Origin: Octopus bimaculoides
Lineage: Eukaryota
NCBI RefSeq assembly: GCF_001194135.2
Contig: NC_068993.1
Coordinates: forward strand, 54,610,808-54,647,545
Reading direction: 5' to 3'
Length of the DNA stretch: 36,738 nucleotides
Part shown: piece by piece, positions 35,276 through 36,738 of the stretch
Layout: each line of letters starts with the position of its first letter
Numbering within the stretch: the stretch's first letter is position 1
Translations under genes and position numbers: made by a program
The notes under the pieces: model-generated
Database searches by the model: none
Seen by the model: only the letters and a program-made list of their open reading frames with translations
What the model was told of the DNA's origin: nothing

Positions 35276-36117
35276 TTTCACAACATTGTTGAACATTTCT
35301 ACCGGTTCAACACAAACACATCGGAGTTTGAATCTTTTGAGAATTTTTAAGTGTCTTATATACCAAGAATCTCTGGATATCATCTGTGAACTATATGTAT
35401 ATATATATATATNNNNNNNNNNNNNNNNNNNNNNNNNNNNNNNNNNNNNNNNNNNNNNNNNNNNNNNNNNNNNNNNNNNNNNNNNNNNNNNNNNNNNNNN
35501 NNNNNNNNNNNNNNNNNNNNNNNNNNNNNNNNNNNNNNNNNNNNNNNNNNNNNNNNNNNNNNNNNNNNNNNNNNNNNNNNNNNNNNNNNNNNNNNNNNNN
35601 NNNNNNNNNNNNNNNNNNNNNNNNNNNNNNNNNNNNNNNNNNNNNNNNNNNNNNNNNNNNNNNNNNNNNNNNNNNNNNNNNNNNNNNNNNNNNNNNNNNN
35701 NNNNNNNNNNNNNNNNNNNNNNNNNNNNNNNNNNNNNNNNNNNNNNNNNNNNNNNNNNNNNNNNNNNNNNNNNNNNNNNNNNNNNNNNNNNNNNNNNNNN
35801 NNNNNNNNNNNNNNNNNNNNNNNNNNNNNNNNNNNNNNNNNNNNNNNNNNNNNNNNNNNNNNNNNNNNNNNNNNNNNNNNNNNNNNNNNNNNNNNNNNNN
35901 NNNNNNNNNNNNNNNNNNNNNNNNNNNNNNNNNNNNNNNNNNNNNNNNNNNNNNNNNNNNNNNNNNNNNNNNNNNNNNNNNNNNNNNNNNNNNNNNNNNN
36001 NNNNNNNNNNNNNNNNNNNNNNNNNNNNNNNNNNNNNNNNNNNNNNNNNNNNNNNNNNNNNNNNNNNNNNNNNNNNNNNNNNNNNNNNNNNNNNNNNNNN
36101 NNNNNNNNNNNNNNNNN

Positions 36118-36160
<43 letters not shown>

Positions 36161-36189
36161 ATCACAATCACCATCACCGATGCCTCAAA

Positions 36190-36365
36190 GAGTTAGCTGA
36201 TTACATCGACCCCAGTACTCAACTGGTATTTATTTCATCGACCCAGAAAGGATGAAAGGCAAAGTCGACCTCAATGGATTTCGAACCTCAGAACATAAAA
36301 TGTCGGAAAAGATGTCTTAAAGCATTTTGTCCGGCGCACAAATCGATATTGCTAGTTCGCTGCTT
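36190..36365 (-). mobile_element. Family A SINE (degenerate)
   Basis: Plus-strand TTACATCGACCCCAGTACTCAACTGGTATTTATTTCATCGACCCAGAAAGGATGAAAGGCAAAGTCGACCTC is the reverse complement of the family A core. Confidence 0.85.
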
Positions 36366-36738
36366 AAAGGATACGTTATTCATTACACACACACACACAT
36401 GCACAATTACAATCCGCATCGTAATTAGCTAAGAACATCCCAAGGTTGCTGTGAGTTACCAGGAGTTAACGGTTAAATATTAAAAAAAAATTTGGTGATT
36501 TATGAATTTTCATCAATTACCACACCCACCCATTGCATGACCTCTTGTGTCCTACAATCAAATATGCGGCAATAAAAATACCTCCATCACCATTTTAGAG
36601 AAAAGATGAAACTGGGAAGGTATTAAAACGCTAATGGACTTATGAATATTACTGTTTAATGCTTAACATGAAGGACTAATAAGGAAATATGGAAAAAACC
36701 AAGAGAAAAAAAAACATTTCATACAAAAAAAAAAAAAA

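Overview
This is a gappy, AT-rich, repeat-dense animal scaffold segment with 17 N-gaps totalling about 7.1 kb (about 19%). Most gaps are bounded by microsatellites. No intact protein-coding gene is supported: the long ORFs in the track are microsatellite/triplet-repeat translations or read through N-runs. The interpretable content is (i) about 15 copies or fragments of at least three tRNA-headed SINE families, (ii) decayed non-LTR retrotransposon remnants (RTE-like RT/C-terminal pieces on +, an APE endonuclease remnant on -), (iii) two fold-back/MITE-like inverted repeats, (iv) a minimal hammerhead-like motif of the Penelope pLTR type, and (v) abundant di-, tri- and tetranucleotide repeats. 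The repeat landscape resembles an octopus (coleoid cephalopod) genome; this is inference from recalled repeat families, not a database result. The window looks intronic or intergenic, and I found no convincing novel multi-component system. The best leads are the atypical hammerhead-like motif (183-218), the perfect 36-bp hairpin (20497-20572), modular SINE tail swapping and nesting, and a GC-rich island that may be an RTE 5' end (26690-27115).
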